Of a stretch of 64,000 bases of DNA, positions 25,632-39,224 are shown piece after piece. The notes beneath the pieces were generated by a model. That model saw only the letters and a list, made by a program, of their open reading frames with translations. It did no database searches and had not been told where the DNA came from. The DNA is from the human T2T-CHM13v2.0 reference genome, Homo sapiens. The DNA lies in NCBI RefSeq assembly GCF_009914755.1, contig NC_060928.1, one strand, 5' to 3'. Each line of letters opens with the position of its first letter. Position 1 is the stretch's first letter. Made by a program: the position numbers and the translations under genes.

Positions 25632-25984
25632 TGATACAGTTTGGCCGTGTTCCCACCCAAATCTCATCTTGAAATGTAGCTCTCAAATTCCCATGTGTCG
25701 TGGGAGGGACCCAGTGGGAGGTAATCAAATCATGGGGTGGGTCTTTTCCATGCTGTTTTCATGATAGTGAATAAGTCTCACGAGATGGTTTTGTAAAGGG
25801 GAGTTCTCCAGCACAAGTTCTCTCTTTCCTGCCATCATGTAAGATGTCCTCTGCTCTCCCACCATGATTGTGAGGCCTCCCCAGCCATGTGGAACTGTGA
25901 GTCAATTAAATCTCTTTCCTTTATAAATTATCCAGTCTTAGGTATGTTTTTATTAGCTGTGTGAGAACAGAATAGAATAATGCA
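25632..25984 (+). mobile_element. THE1 (C/D-like) solo LTR with perfect 5-bp TSD GATAA
   Basis: tgatacagtttggccgtgttcccacccaaatctcatcttgaa...ccatgattgtgaggcctccccagccatgtggaactgtgagtcaattaaa...ca; gataa at 25627-25631 and 25985-25989. Confidence 0.95.
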
Positions 25985-26804
25985 GATAATCTGAATGAAA
26001 TCTAAAATTATCTTTAATATATTTATGGTAAGAATAATTTGACACATTTGATATTTGTGAAACCTAAATTATGATTTACACTTAGTATAGATTGAAATTA
26101 AATGACTAAAAGAAGGACAATTTCAAATGGAATAATATAAACATTAACATAATCACATATTTCAACAAATAGTTTTATTAATTACCAATAAATTATCTCC
26201 TTTAAATTTATATAAACACACTTCATCATTTGTCACTCCATTAGAAACCAATTTTCCTATGTATGCTTGTATGTTCTTTCTTCTGCAGTGTTTTGTCAGC
26301 CAATAGATTTTGTCTAATGATACTTTATCTGTAACTCCACACTGCCTCTGGGATCACTCAATGCAATTTTTAGAGAATAAAATGAATAGTTCTGTTGGGT
26401 TTTACTAACTCTTGAGAGAGTAGGAATGACACCTGCCATAAATTACTCAAGAAATTTAATACAAATAGAAGAAATAGCAGTAAGTTAAAGAAAAACCCTT
26501 TCAATTTCATCTGCCTACGGGAAACTGCATATAATCTATCCCTGATGTTTCTATTAATATAGAAATGGAATAGTGCACTGCAAGAGGCAATGTATTATTA
26601 TATTATACACTGGCATTTTGTGATTAATATGATGGCAAGACACTCATTCTACCTATTAGTAAGCCTCAAGTTAATCTTGAAGGAGGCAGAGTGACTCATT
26701 AGGAGTAAAATAATAAAAAAAAAACCCAGAAATGAAGATACAGAAAATGGAATTCAGGAGTATTGAAAAATTAATGAAAATAATTTTTCAAGAAAAAATA
26801 CCAA

Positions 26805-27310
26805 TTTTCAAATATTTAGAAGACTATACTGTGGGAAGATAGTATATTTATTTAATGGGGCTCTGCTATGAATTGAATGTCTCTCCCAAATTTCAAATTT
26901 TTTAAGCTAGAAATTTAATCTCCAAATCACATGTTGATTGGAGGTGGGATCTTTGGGAGGTAATTAGGATTAGATACGGTCATCAGTGTGGGGCTTCCTG
27001 GAACTAGTGGCTGTATAAAACAGGAAGAGAGACCTGACTGACATGTATATACTCTTGCCCTCTCACCATGTGAATGCTTTCTGCCATGTTATGACATAGT
27101 AGAAAGGCCCTCACCTGATACCAGTGCCACACTCTCGGACTTCCCAGTCACTAGAACAATGAAATAAATACACCTCTATTTTTTATAAATTACCCAATCT
27201 GTGATAGCAACAGAAAATGGACATAAGATGGACCCCAAATGGCAGAACTGGAATTATGGGGAAAATATGTGGAATCAGATTTTGGCTCAGTGAAATAGAG
27301 TTTGGCATCA
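26805..27310 (+). mobile_element. L3/CR1 3' fragment split by the MST LTR
   Basis: ttcaaatatttagaagact...gtgggaaga before the LTR; cccaaatggcagaactggaattatgggg...cagattttggctcagt after it. Confidence 0.45.
26864..27229 (+). mobile_element. MaLR solo LTR (MSTC/MSTD-like)
   Basis: tgctatgaattgaatgtc, gggaggtaattaggattagat, ggaagagagacctga, ctcttgccctctcaccatgtga, ggacttcccag, atagcaacagaaaatggac. Confidence 0.85.
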
Positions 27311-27376
27311 CACCTTAAGCAAGTCATTTTAGAAAGTACTAAGTTCTTTTCACAGATTGATATTACAGATGGTAGA

Positions 27377-27822
27377 TGTAGTGGGCTGACTGGTAGCCCT
27401 CCAAAAGATATGTTCACGCCTTAATCCAAGAACCCATGAATATTACCTTATTTAGAAAAAGAGTCTTTGTCATTATAATTAGCTGAAGGATCTTGAGATG
27501 AGGAAATCATCCTGGATTGCCTAGAAGAGCAACAGAAGTCCTTATAAGAGACATACGGAGGAGGAGACAGAAACAGGTTAGGTGATGTGAAGACAGAAGC
27601 AGAAATTGGAGTGATGTGGCCAAAAGTGAAGGAAGTCACTAACCACCAAAAGCCAGAAAAGGTATAGAAACAATTTACCTCTAGAGCCTCTATAGGGAGT
27701 ACAGCTCTCCCAACACCTGGATTTTGGATATCTGGCCATCAGAACTATTGGAGAATGAAGTTATGTTGTTTTAAGCTACCAACTTTGTGGTAGTTTTTCA
27801 TGTCAGGCATAGAAAACATATA
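27377..27822 (+). mobile_element. MLT1C-like solo LTR
   Basis: tgtagtgggctga...ccaaaagatatgttcac, aaggatcttgagatgagg-atcatcctggatt, gatgtgaagacagaagcagaaattggagtgatg, gttgttttaagctaccaactttgtggta. Confidence 0.85.
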
Positions 27823-28315
27823 GCTAATGGACAACAATCTAGAATATAGAAGGAAATCAAGAACTGATAGGAAGATTATATTGTGTGGTATTTATATTCC
27901 TCTTCCAAAACTTCCTACTACTTTTTTCAAAATTAAAAAAAAAAATATTTAGCATTCTGGAAACATTGATGCTATTCCCTACAGCCTCCAAAAAGGAAAT
28001 TTTAAAGATCATTACACTGTTTCAGATAGTTGGCATCTAAAATAAATTCAATGAGAACATTTTCCTATTGAAAATTATAGTGGAATCAGTAAAAATTTCA
28101 GAAAATTGTGATTAAAATATTTACCAAAGTGCATAACACATTATCTAATCCACAAAGTATTAATGCTTTTTCCTTTTTCTTACCCTTCTTTTCTTTATTT
28201 TCTATTATTTTTCCACATTGTGAGCAAACAGACCTCTTTATATCCAAAATAAATTTATCTAATATAAATATTAAGAAAACAGTATAGTTAGAAAAAGTAA
28301 CAAGTAAAAACTGAC

Positions 28316-28456
28316 AAAATATCTCTCCCTTAGGATCTACAAACGTATCTCTCTTAGGATAAACAAAATAAAAGTAAGAACCACTAAAATATATCTGTCT
28401 TAGGATACACAAAAATAAAAGCAAGCACTGCTAAAATGTATCTCTCTTGGGATCTT
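28316..28456. repeat. Small minisatellite (~46-47-bp unit, core tatctctcttaggat)
   Basis: Core copies begin at 28320, 28346, 28392 and 28439, with similar aaaataaaag..ag..c..ctaaaat spacers between the last three. Confidence 0.8.
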
Positions 28457-29879
28457 AAAGTCTTTCTTATTTTATATCTGTAGCTTTACTATTTTCTTTG
28501 CCTAACACAAGATGTAAAAGAACTTAACAGAATGATTTGACTTCCTTTTACTCAAATAAACTTGTGCATAGTTTCAGGAGCTCTTATTTTTGTTTAGAGT
28601 AGAACTGATCTAATTTCCTAGTTAGCTCACACTCATGCCTAGGAGGTACACGGAATTCCTGGAAAAGGGTACACAGAGAGTTGTTTCAACCTAATAACAC
28701 CTGTGCTTTTGTGCTCAGGCTTCTGTAGCCAATTGCATAGATAATATACACTTGGATAAATGATACCTGTATGTGAACAACTAAACTTTGGGCTTGATTT
28801 TTCTTCCTAGAACTCACTGAAGTAGAACTGTAGAAGAGTAGGATTTTGTTTTGTTTTATACATTGCTTTTTTTTTATTTTTGGAAGCAGTTCAGATTAAT
28901 TATTGAACAGTGTTTAGGAATCACATGCATGAGTAGAGACAATATTCTCCACATGTTTAATTTAAGCTTTGGTGGTCCTCTGAAACTCTGCCAAATATCA
29001 CTTATATTTGTCAGTGGAAGGAAATGTTAGTTTAAAATAATACAAGTCTATAAATCAAAATATTTTTCAGTTTACTTTTAAAAGGTTTGTAACGTTTTTA
29101 CTTGCAATTTTTCCTGATTAAATCCATTTTGGTTTGAAGAGTTGGCCTTCTCTGAAAACACTAGATTTTAGCCAAAAGAAGACAAGTCTGGTTAAAAGAT
29201 GTGTAAGAGGATCACCAACTTGGCATCACAAGTTAGAAAGTACCAAGATGTTCAGGAGATAATCTTGAATTATAATTAGCTTTATTTTTCTTAAATTACA
29301 CCATTAAATAGAGCTCCAAAGTTCATAATTAAAATATGTTCTCTTCCTTTCATGTGTTTCTTTATGCACATATGTAGGTATATAAGAAAACAATTCTTTA
29401 GTCAACTACAGAAAAAAAAAAGTTGACAGAGAAAAGCTCTTTTTGACATTGTCTCCCTAAATTTTGCTGTTAACTTTGAGTGCCTAATTCACAAAGGAGT
29501 ACTAAATTATCTGTATAGTCCTGTAGAATGGCTGAGGAAGGTTGACATAAGCACACATACAAATATATACATGCACTTCAAGTGTATAGAAATTTAAGGA
29601 ATAACGATAGGATAACGAAATGAATATGGAAACTCTTAAATGGAATAAAATACCCCAAGCCTCCGTATTAATTAGAGGTCATAGAGACAGCCCTTGAGTA
29701 TATTGAGTAACTGGGTAGTTCAGAACTAGAAATTAGGAGATGAAATGTAATTATGACTATAACCATTGTCATACTGTCTTCTTTCTATACTACTTTGCAC
29801 ATTCAGCCCATGAATTTGTCATTCCCCTACTGACGTTTCTTACAATCCATACCATTATGGTTACTGGATCCCCATTCCA

Positions 29880-30760
29880 TCATAAATAAACTCTCCTTCA
29901 TCCTCAACTTCTACACAGTTGGTTTTATACATCTCCTTGTTCCCAAAAGACAGTATTTTTCTTGCAGCCATCTTCAGTGGTGCCTGCTCCTTCCCCATTA
30001 CCTCTTGTCAGTCATGAACATCGCTCACATCCGTCTTTTAGATGATAAAACACCTTTTATTCTATACCCCAATGATACCCGTATCATTGGACCAACTAGT
30101 TATTCCGCATTAGCAACTCCTCCCTGGCCTGCCATTCTTCTAGTTTCTGGATTCATGGCTGGTCTTTTGGTATACCATCACCAGAACCATCAACCAGTCT
30201 TTGTTTTTGTCCTTCTAGGAGTCGCTTCAACTTGGATTATTGCTACAATTGGCCTCATCAAATATTATGCCCCCCATATTAAGAAATTCTGAGTGGAATA
30301 AAAAAAAATCATGGTTTTTCAAACCTCAACACTTTTTATTTAACAATTTATTTAGCAGTTTCTGCTTCTCAACTTTAGTACATCTCTCCATATTTCCTTC
30401 CCCCATTTCCACCTCTTTGCCAACAATAAAAATTAACTTCCAAATTCAGAGCCCAGTTGAAAATTTTCAAGGTTTATCTCCACTTTCTAAAATCTTTGGT
30501 GAATACTATTGTTTTTTCATCATTTTTCTCTCCTATGCTATCCTCATCTGTTTTTCTTACCAATTATCTCTGTCTGCTCATACCTTAACATGCTTACCTT
30601 AAAAATTCATCCTCAGCCATTTTTCTCCTCTATCTTCTGCCTCTAGATGACTTCATTTACTTCCTTTGAACTCCCATGCTGGCCTCTCCTCTGATTTCCA
30701 GACATATTTAATGAATTGTAATATCTGGAATTTCCATAAACACCTAAAAACAATAGGTTA
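29880..30760 (+). mobile_element. Highly diverged L2 ORF2 fragment(s)
   Basis: C/T-rich sense L2 motifs: catcctcagcc...ttctcctctatc, ctagatgacttcatttac, cctctcctctgatttccagac, ataaacacctaaaa. Confidence 0.5.
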
Positions 30761-30829
30761 CTCGTTAAAAAAAAAAGGAAAATGAAAATATTCTTTACTT
30801 TTAACTAGAATTATACTACTAAATTCCTA

Positions 30830-31135
30830 AGAAAATAAGACTATTCAGTAGAAAATTAGCAGAAGACTCAAACCGTTCCAAGAAGGAATATAAATGTAGC
30901 AAAACATGTACAGCTTCTCCAGTAATAAAGAAAATGCAAATAACAGGTGGTTTTGTTTTGTTTGGCTGAAGAATACTTCCATATTAGTGAAGACTAACAA
31001 AAACCAATGTTTTGAAAGATAGGAGAAAATGAGTATTCTTATGTGTGGAGTAGGAGAGTTATTTCAGTAAAACTTTTGAGAGGACAGAAGGTATATACTA
31101 TATAAGTGGAAATTGTAAATGTTAATACTAACCTT
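30830..31135 (+). mobile_element. Old L1ME ORF2-end fragment
   Basis: agtagaaaattagcagaagac, ccagtaataaagaaaatgcaaat, gtggaaattgtaaatg...aacctttctg. Confidence 0.45.
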
Positions 31136-31139
31136 TCTG

Positions 31140-31448
31140 CAGTATACATACTGAGAAATGCAGCATTAGGCAATTTTGTTGTTTTGTGAACATCATATTT
31201 ACAAAAATCTAGATAGCATAGCCTACCACACACCTAGGCTATAGAGTATAGTCTATTGCTTCTAGGCTACAAACCTGTACAGCATGTTACTGTACTGAAT
31301 ATTGTAGGCAGTTGCAACCCAATGCTAAGTATTTGTGTATTTAAACATAGAAAGGGTACAGTAAAACTAAGGTATCATAATTTTATGGGTCCATCATCAT
31401 AAATGCTGTTTATTATTGACTGAAATGTGGTTATTTGGCACATGACTG
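31140..31448 (+). mobile_element. Tigger3a-like (TcMar-Tigger) MITE
   Basis: ctgagaaatgc...ttaggcaatttt, ctagatagcatagcctac-cacacctaggctata, ctaggctacaaacctgtacagcatgttactgtactgaata, terminal catgactg|ta. Confidence 0.88.
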
Positions 31449-31813
31449 TAGAGTGTTTTTTTCCTCTTTCTTAAATCATTTTAATCTATATTTTTTGCAC
31501 ATGAATAAGTTATTTAGTGGTGATTTCTGAGATTTAGGAGCACCCATCACTCAAGTAGTGTACATTGTACCCAATGTGTAGTCTTTTATCCCTCAAACCC
31601 GAACCCCTACCACCCTTTCCCCCGAGGTTCCCAAAGTCCATTATATCATTCTTATGCATCCTTGTAGCTAAGCTCTCACTTGTGAGTGAGAACATACCAT
31701 GTTTGGCTTTTGATTCCTGAGTTACTTCACTTAGAATAATCATCTCCAATTCAATCCAGTTTGCTGCAAATGCCATTATTTCATTCCTTTGTATGGCTGA
31801 ATAGTATTCCATA

Positions 31814-31930
31814 GTGTGTGTGTATACATATATATATACACACATACACCCACACACACACACATATATATAATGTGTATATATGTATATACACACACGC
31901 ATTTTATACACACACAAACACACACACACC
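31814..31930. repeat. Compound (TG)/(TA)/(CA) microsatellite inside the L1 3' region
   Basis: Seen directly. Confidence 0.9.
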
Positions 31931-34900
31931 CCCCACATTTTCTTTATCCACTCATTTATTGACGGGCATTTGGGCTTACTCCATAATTTTGCAATTGCAA
32001 ATTGTGCTGCTATAAACATGCATGTGCAAGTATGTTTTTCGCATGACTTCTTTTCCTCTGGGTACATAGCCAGGAGTGGGATTGCTGGATCAAATGGTAG
32101 ATGTAATTTTTGCTATTTAAGAAATTTCCACACTGTTTTCTATGGCAGTTGTATTAGTTTACATTCGCACCAACAGTGCAAAAGTGTTTCCTTTTCATGA
32201 TATCCACACCAACATCTATTTTGTTTTTATTTTTTGATTATGGCCATTCTTGCAGGAGTAAGGTGGTATCATGTGGTTTTGATTTGCATTTTCCTGAAAA
32301 TTAGTGATGTTGAGCATTTTTTCATATGTTTCTTGGCCATTTGCATATGTTCTTTTAGAATTGTCAATTCACGTCATTAGCCCAATTTTTGATGGGATTA
32401 TGTGTTTTTTGTTGTTGTTGTTGATTTGTTTGAGTTCCTTGTAGACTCTGGATATTCCTCCTTTGTCAGATGTATAGATTGTGAAGATTTTCTCCTACTC
32501 TGTGGGTTTTCTGTTTACTCTGCTGATATTTCTTTGGCTGTGCAGGAGCTTTTTAGTTTAATTCAGTCCCATCTATTTATCTTTGCTTTTGTTGCATTTG
32601 CTTTTGGGTTCTTGGTGATGTAGTCTTTACTTATGCCAGTGTCTACAAGGGCTTTCCTGATGTTATCTTCTAGAATTTTTAGAGTTTCAGGTTTTAGATT
32701 TAAGTCTTTGATCCATCTTGAGTTGATTTTGTATAAGGTGAGAGATGAGGAGCCAGTTTTATTCATCTACATGTGGCTTGCTAATTGCCCCAGCACCATT
32801 TATTGAATAGGATGTCCTTTTGTCCTTTCTCCATTTTATGTTTTCATTTGCTTTGTTGAAGATCAGTCAGCTATAAGTATTTGGCTTTATTTCTGGGTTC
32901 TCTGTTCTGTTCCATTGGTCTATCTGCTTATTTTTATATCAGCACCGTGCTCTTTTGGCGACTCTGGCCTTATAGAATAGTTTGAAGTCGGGTAATGTGA
33001 TGCCTCCAGATTTGTTCTTTTTGCCTAGTCTTGCTTTGGCTAATTGGGTTCTTTTCTGGTTCCATGTGAATTTTAGAATTTCTTTTTCTAGTTCTGTGAA
33101 GAATGATAGTGTTATTTTGATGGAAATGGCATTGAATTTGTAGATTGTTTTTGGCAGTATGGTCATTTTTCACAACATCGATTCTATCCATCCATGAGCA
33201 TGGCATGTGTTTCTATTTGTGTCATCTGTGGTTGCTTTTGTTTTGTAGTTTTTCTTGTAGAGATCTTTCACCTCCTTGGTTAAATATATTCCTGATTCTT
33301 TTCTTTTTTGCAGCTATTGTAAAAGGGGTTAAGTTTTTGATTTGATTCTCAGCTTGGTTGCTGTTGGTGTACGAGCAGATCTACTGATTCATGTACATTA
33401 ATTTTGCATCCTGAAACTTCGCTGAATTCATTTACCAGTTCCAGGGTCTTTTTGGAGGAGTCTTTAGGGTTTTCTAGGTATACCACCATGTCATCAGCAA
33501 ACAGTGACAGTTTGACTTCTTCTTTGCCAATTTGGATGCCCTTTATTTGTTTCTCTTGTCTGATTGCTCTGGCTAGGACTCCCGGTACTATGTTGAACAG
33601 AAGTGGTGATAGCGGGCATACTTGTCTTGCTCCAGTTCTCAGGGGGAATGCTTTCAACTTCTCCTCATTCAGTATAAAATTGGCTATAGGTTTGTCATAG
33701 ATGGCTTTTATTACCTTAAGGTATGTCCCTTGTATGCCAATTTTGCTAAGGGTTTTAAACATAAAGGAATGCTGGATTTTGTCAAATGTTTTTTCTGTGT
33801 CTATTGAGATGACTATGCGATTTTTTATTTTAATTCTGCTTATGTGGTATATCACATTTATTGACTTGTGGGTGTTAAAGCATCCCTGTATCCATGATAT
33901 GAAATCCACTTTATCATGGTGGATTATCTTTTTATATGATTTGGTTAGCTAGTATTTTGGTGAGTATTTTTGCATCTATGTTCATCAGTGATGTTTGACT
34001 GTAGTTTTCTTTTTTTGTTATATTCTTTTCTGCTTTTAGTATTAGGGTGAAACTTGCTTCATAGAATAATTTTGGGAGGAATCCCTCTTTCTCTATCTTG
34101 AGGAATGGTGTTAATATGATTGGTACCAATTCTTCGAATTTCTGATAGAATTCAGCTGTGAATCTGTCTGGTCCTGGAATTTTTAATTGGTAACTTTTTA
34201 AGTATTTCAAAGTCGCTGCTTATTATTGATTTGTTCAGAGTTTCTATTTCTTCCTGATTTAATCTAGGAGGCTTGTATATTTCCAGGAATTTATCCATCT
34301 CCTCTAGGTTTTCTAATTTATGCATGTAAAGGTGTTCACAGTATCCTTGAATTATCTTTTTCATTTCTATGATATCAATTATAATATTTCCCCTTTCATT
34401 TTCAATTGAGTTTATTTAGATAATCTCTCTTCTTTTCTTGGTTAATTTTGTTAATTGTCTATCAATTTTATTTATCTTTTCAAAGTACCAGCTTTTTGTT
34501 TTATTGATATTTTGTACTTTCTTTTGTTTGTTTGTTTCAATTTCACTTGCTTCTGCTTTAATCTTGCTTATTTATTTTTTCTTCTGCTGGCTTTGGTTTT
34601 GGTTTGTTCGTGTTTCTCTAGTTCCTTGAGGTGTGACCTTAGATTGTCTATTTGTGCTCTTTCAGACTTTTTGATGTAGCCGTTTAATGCTATGAACTTT
34701 CCCTTTACCACTTCTTTTGTTGTATCTCAGTGGTTTTGATACCTTGTGTCACTACTCTTGTTCTGTTCAAAGAATTTTTAAATTTCTATCTTGATTTCAT
34801 TATGGGCCCAATGATCATTCAGGAGCAGGTTATTTAATTTCCATGTATTTGCATGGTCTCGAGGGTTCCTTTTGGAGTTGACTTCCAATTTTATTCCACT

Positions 34901-36261
34901 GTGGTCTGAGAGAGTACATGATATAATTTCAATTTTCTTAAATTTGTTGACACTTGTTTTGTGACCTATTATATCATCTATCTTAAAGAATGTTCCATGT
35001 GGTGATGAATAAAATATGTATCCTGCAGTTGTTGGGTAAAATGTTCTATAAATATCGGTTAAGTCTATTTGTTCCAGGGTGTAGTTTAAGTCCATTGTTT
35101 CTTTGTTGACTTTGGTGATCTGTCTGCTGCTGTCAGTGGTATGTTGAAGTCTCTCACTATTATTGTGGTGTTGTCTCTCTCATTTCTTAGGTCTAGTGGT
35201 AATTGATTTATAAATTTGGGAGCTTCAGTGTTAGGTGCATATATATTTAAAATTGTAATATTTTCCTGCTGGACTAGTTTTTTAAGTCATTTTATAATGT
35301 CCCTCTTTGTCTTTTTCAACTGCTGTTGCTTTAAAGTTTGTTTTGTCTCATATAAGAATAGCTATTGCTGCTTGCTTTTGGAGTCCATTTGCATGGAATA
35401 TCTTCCCCCAACCCCCTGCCTTTACTTTAAGTTTATGTGAATCCTTATGCATCAGTTGAGTTCATTGAAGACAGCAGATACTTGGTTGGTGAATTCTCAT
35501 CCATTCTGCCATTCTGTAACTTTTAAGTGGAGCATTTAGGCCATCTACATTCAACTTTGGTATTGAGATATGAGGTACTATTTTATTCATCATTCTGTTT
35601 GTTGCCTGAATACCTTCTTTATTTTTTTCATTGTGTTATTGTTTTACAGGGCCTGTGAGACTTATGCTTCAAGGAAGTTCAATTTTGGTGTTCCTCAAGG
35701 ATTTGTTCCAATACTTAGAGCTCCTTTTAGCAGTTCTTGTAGTGCTGGCTTGATAGCAGTGAATTCTGTCAGCATTTGTTTGTCTGAAAAAGACTGTATC
35801 TTTCCTTTATTTATGAAAGTTATTTTTGCCAGATACAAAATTCTAGGCTAATTGTTTTGCTTAAGAAGGCTAATGATAGGACCCTAATACTTTCTATCTT
35901 TTATGATTTCTGCTGAGAAATCTGCTGTTAGTCTAATAGGTTTTCCTTTATAGGTTACCTGATGCTTTTGCCTCACAGTTCTTACAATTCTTTCCTTAGT
36001 CTTGACTTTAGGTAACCTGATGACTATGTGCCAAGGCAATGATCTTTTTGCAATGAATTTCCCATGTGTTCTTTGAACTTCTTATATTTGGATATCTAGA
36101 TCTCTAGCAAGGCCAGAGAAGTTTTCCTTAATTATTCCCTCTAATATCCTTTCCAAACTTTTAGATTTCCCTTCTTTCTCAGGAACACCAATTATTCCAA
36201 TTATTCTTAGATTTGGTGGTTTAGCACCCCACACTTCTTGGAGGCTTTGTTCATTTTTTAA

Positions 36262-36567
<306 letters not shown>

Positions 36568-38090
36568 AAATTCTTTTTTCTTTGTCTTTGTCAGATTGGG
36601 TTAATTTGAAAGCCCTGTCTTTGAGCGCTGATGTTCTTTCTCTATTTCTTTAATTCTATTGCTGAGAATTTCTAGTGCATTTTGCAATTCTTTAAGTATG
36701 CCCTTCATTTCCAGAAGCTGTGACTGTTTCATACTTATGCTATCTATTTCACTAGAGATTTTTCCATTTACATTCTGTATCTTTTTTTAATCTATTTAAG
36801 TTGGACTTCACCTTTCTCTGGTGCCTCCTTAATTAGTTTAGTAGTTAACCTTCTGAATTCTTTTTTCTGGCAATTCAGAGATTTTTGTCTTGGTTTGGAT
36901 CCATTGCTGGGGAGCTAGTGTGATCTTTTGAGGGTGTTAAAGAATCTTATTTTGTCATACTGCCAGAATTGTTTTTCTTGTTACTTCTCATTTTAGTAGA
37001 CTGTGTCAGAGGTCACCTATGATACTCAAGGGCTGCTGTTCAGATTCTTTTGTCCCAAAAGGTGCTCCCTTGATTTGGTTCTCTCCCAATTCTTCTGGGG
37101 ATGTGGCTTCCTGAGAGCCAAGCTGAAGTTATTTTTGTTTCTCTTCTGGATCTAGCCACCCAGCAGAGCTACTAGGCTCTACACTGGTGCTGGGCAGTGT
37201 CTGCAGAGTTCTGTGATTTGATCCATCTTCAGGTCTCTCAGCCATGGATACCAGCTCCTGCTCTGTTAGAGGTAGCAGGGGAGTGAAGTAGACTCTGTGA
37301 GGCTCCGTGGTTTTATTTTTGTAATGCTTTTGTGTCAGTTAGCCTCCAGCCAGCAGGTGGCGCTTTCAAGAGTGCATCAGCTGCAGTAGTATAAGTAGGA
37401 TACAAGCTTGCTCTAGGGTCAGGCAATGAGTGGGACCATAGAGCTCCCAAGAGATCATGTACTTGGTATTCAACTACCAGGGTGGATAGAGAAAGACCTT
37501 CAGGTGGGGGCAGGGTTAAGGGTGTCTGAGTTCAGACTGTCCTTGAGTGGGGCTTGCTGCAGCTGCTGTGGTGTATCGGGATGTGGTTCTCAGGCCAATG
37601 GAGTTCTGTTCCCAGGGGATTATGGCTGACTGCTGTATCACAGAGGTCACCAGGGAAGTGGGGGAAAGCCATCAGCCACAGGCTTCACCCAACTCTCACA
37701 CAGCCTGCAGCCAGAAAGACTGGTCTCACTCCTACCATGCTCCCCCCAACTGCACCGAGTTTATTTCCAGGCAGCAGGTGAGCAGGGTTGAGAACTTTCC
37801 CCAGGGTACAAGCCTTTCAGCAAAGAAAGCAACTCACAGTTCCTTGGCTGTCCCATGGCTCCTGCAGCAGCAATCCTCTTCCAAGGGTGTGTGGATTATC
37901 TCAGCTTTCCTGGTTTGTTGCTGCGGTAGATCTCAGAGCAAAAGTTAACAATATGAGTCTCCACATGTGGCTCTGTCTTTCTGAGTGGGAGCTGCAAGTT
38001 AGTCCTGCCTCGTATCCACCATTTTCTCCCTTTCCTTAACAATAGGTTATTATTTTATAACTTTTATCCTGCTTATTTACTCAGATAAAC

Positions 38091-38582
38091 TGTATCAATA
38101 GGGTCCAGTCAGGGAGAGAAAGTCCAGATCATAAATTTCATTGTCAGAAATTTATTACAAAGAACTGTAGCAAGGTTACTAGAAGAGCTGAAAGAGCAAA
38201 AAATGAGACACGGTGAGACAATCCAGAGTTTGGCAAGAGAAAGAGACCATTACTATCCCCTGATTTATCAGAAACCAGGAGTCTGAGCCACCAGGAGGCA
38301 GGAGGGAAGTGTTAAAACAGAGAAGGATTGTAATGAGAACTGGAAACAGACAAGAAACATAGCCTCTACCAGGGATACAGACAGAACAAAAAATGGGGGA
38401 AGATATGTGCTGGCTTTTTTGTTTCTCCAACCCCAGTACCTCCCTATGCCTCCTGTTTGCTATAGCTAGTAAACAAGGGAGCTTGGGATATGTTGTAGAG
38501 GTTAGCCCCATGCAATTCAGAGTAAAGCAGAGGAAGGGCAAGAAATTGATTTGAGAGCAATTGTACAAATGACGAGTAACCT
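38091..38582 (-). mobile_element. Old ERVL LTR (LTR33-like)
   Basis: tgtatcaatagggtccagtcagg...aatttattacaaagaactgt...caagggagcttgggatatg...gatttgagagcaa. Confidence 0.65.
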
Positions 38583-38599
38583 ACCAACCACGGTGATTT

Positions 38600-38790
38600 G
38601 AGTCAAGGCCTTTCTGCTTACTGTTTTCTGTTTGAAAATATCTTTGCCCAAACTGTGATTGCTTACGTATACTCTTCCCTGATACAACCAGAGAGACATA
38701 CTTTCCCTCTGTTATATATCTTCCTTGTTTTGTCTTTAACAGTCTATTAAAAGATGTTTGCTGAATGTATCTTTTTCTGTTGAGTGAATG
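38600..38790 (+). mobile_element. L2 3' fragment
   Basis: aggcctttctgcttactgtt, cttccctga, atgtttgctgaatg...gagtgaatg. Confidence 0.4.
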
Positions 38791-39073
38791 CTATTTCTAA
38801 ATACCAATTTTAGGTTTATAAGTTTCAATAAAACCAACAAGTAAATATATTGAGCTGTGTCACTAAACAACTACACTCATGTCAAGATAAGCAAGTACAA
38901 TGACAGACACTCATTATCTCACAGCTTCTGTTAGCCATATAGAGAATGCAAAATTATCCACTTTTTAATTTCTCTTTATTCTAAGGTAATTAAAAATAAA
39001 GATTTCATATTCTCCCATCCATGTATCATATTACATTTTAGAAACACATCTAATTCACAGCTGGGGAAGGAAG

Positions 39074-39224
39074 TGCTATGGTCTGAATGTGTCCCTTAAA
39101 ATTCTTATGTTGAAATTCACTCACCAGTATAATTGTATTAAAATGTGGGGCACTTAGGAGATGATTAAGTCATGAAGGCAGAGCCATCATGAGTGGGATT
39201 ACGGCTCTTTTAAAAGGGTGTGAG
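39074..39224 (+). mobile_element. MaLR LTR 5' half (MLT1A/MST-like), truncated at the L1
   Basis: tgctatggtctgaatgtgtccc...atgttgaaa...gatgattaagtcatgaaggcagagcc-tcatgagtgggatt. Confidence 0.8.

Noticed and set aside
28316-28456. Repeat-spacer pattern superficially like CRISPR
   Set aside because: Eukaryotic DNA, spacers are homologous to each other, only four cores and no cas genes
33349-33909. 186-aa reverse-transcriptase ORF
   Set aside because: Fragment of a disrupted L1PB ORF2, not a retron, DGR or domesticated gene
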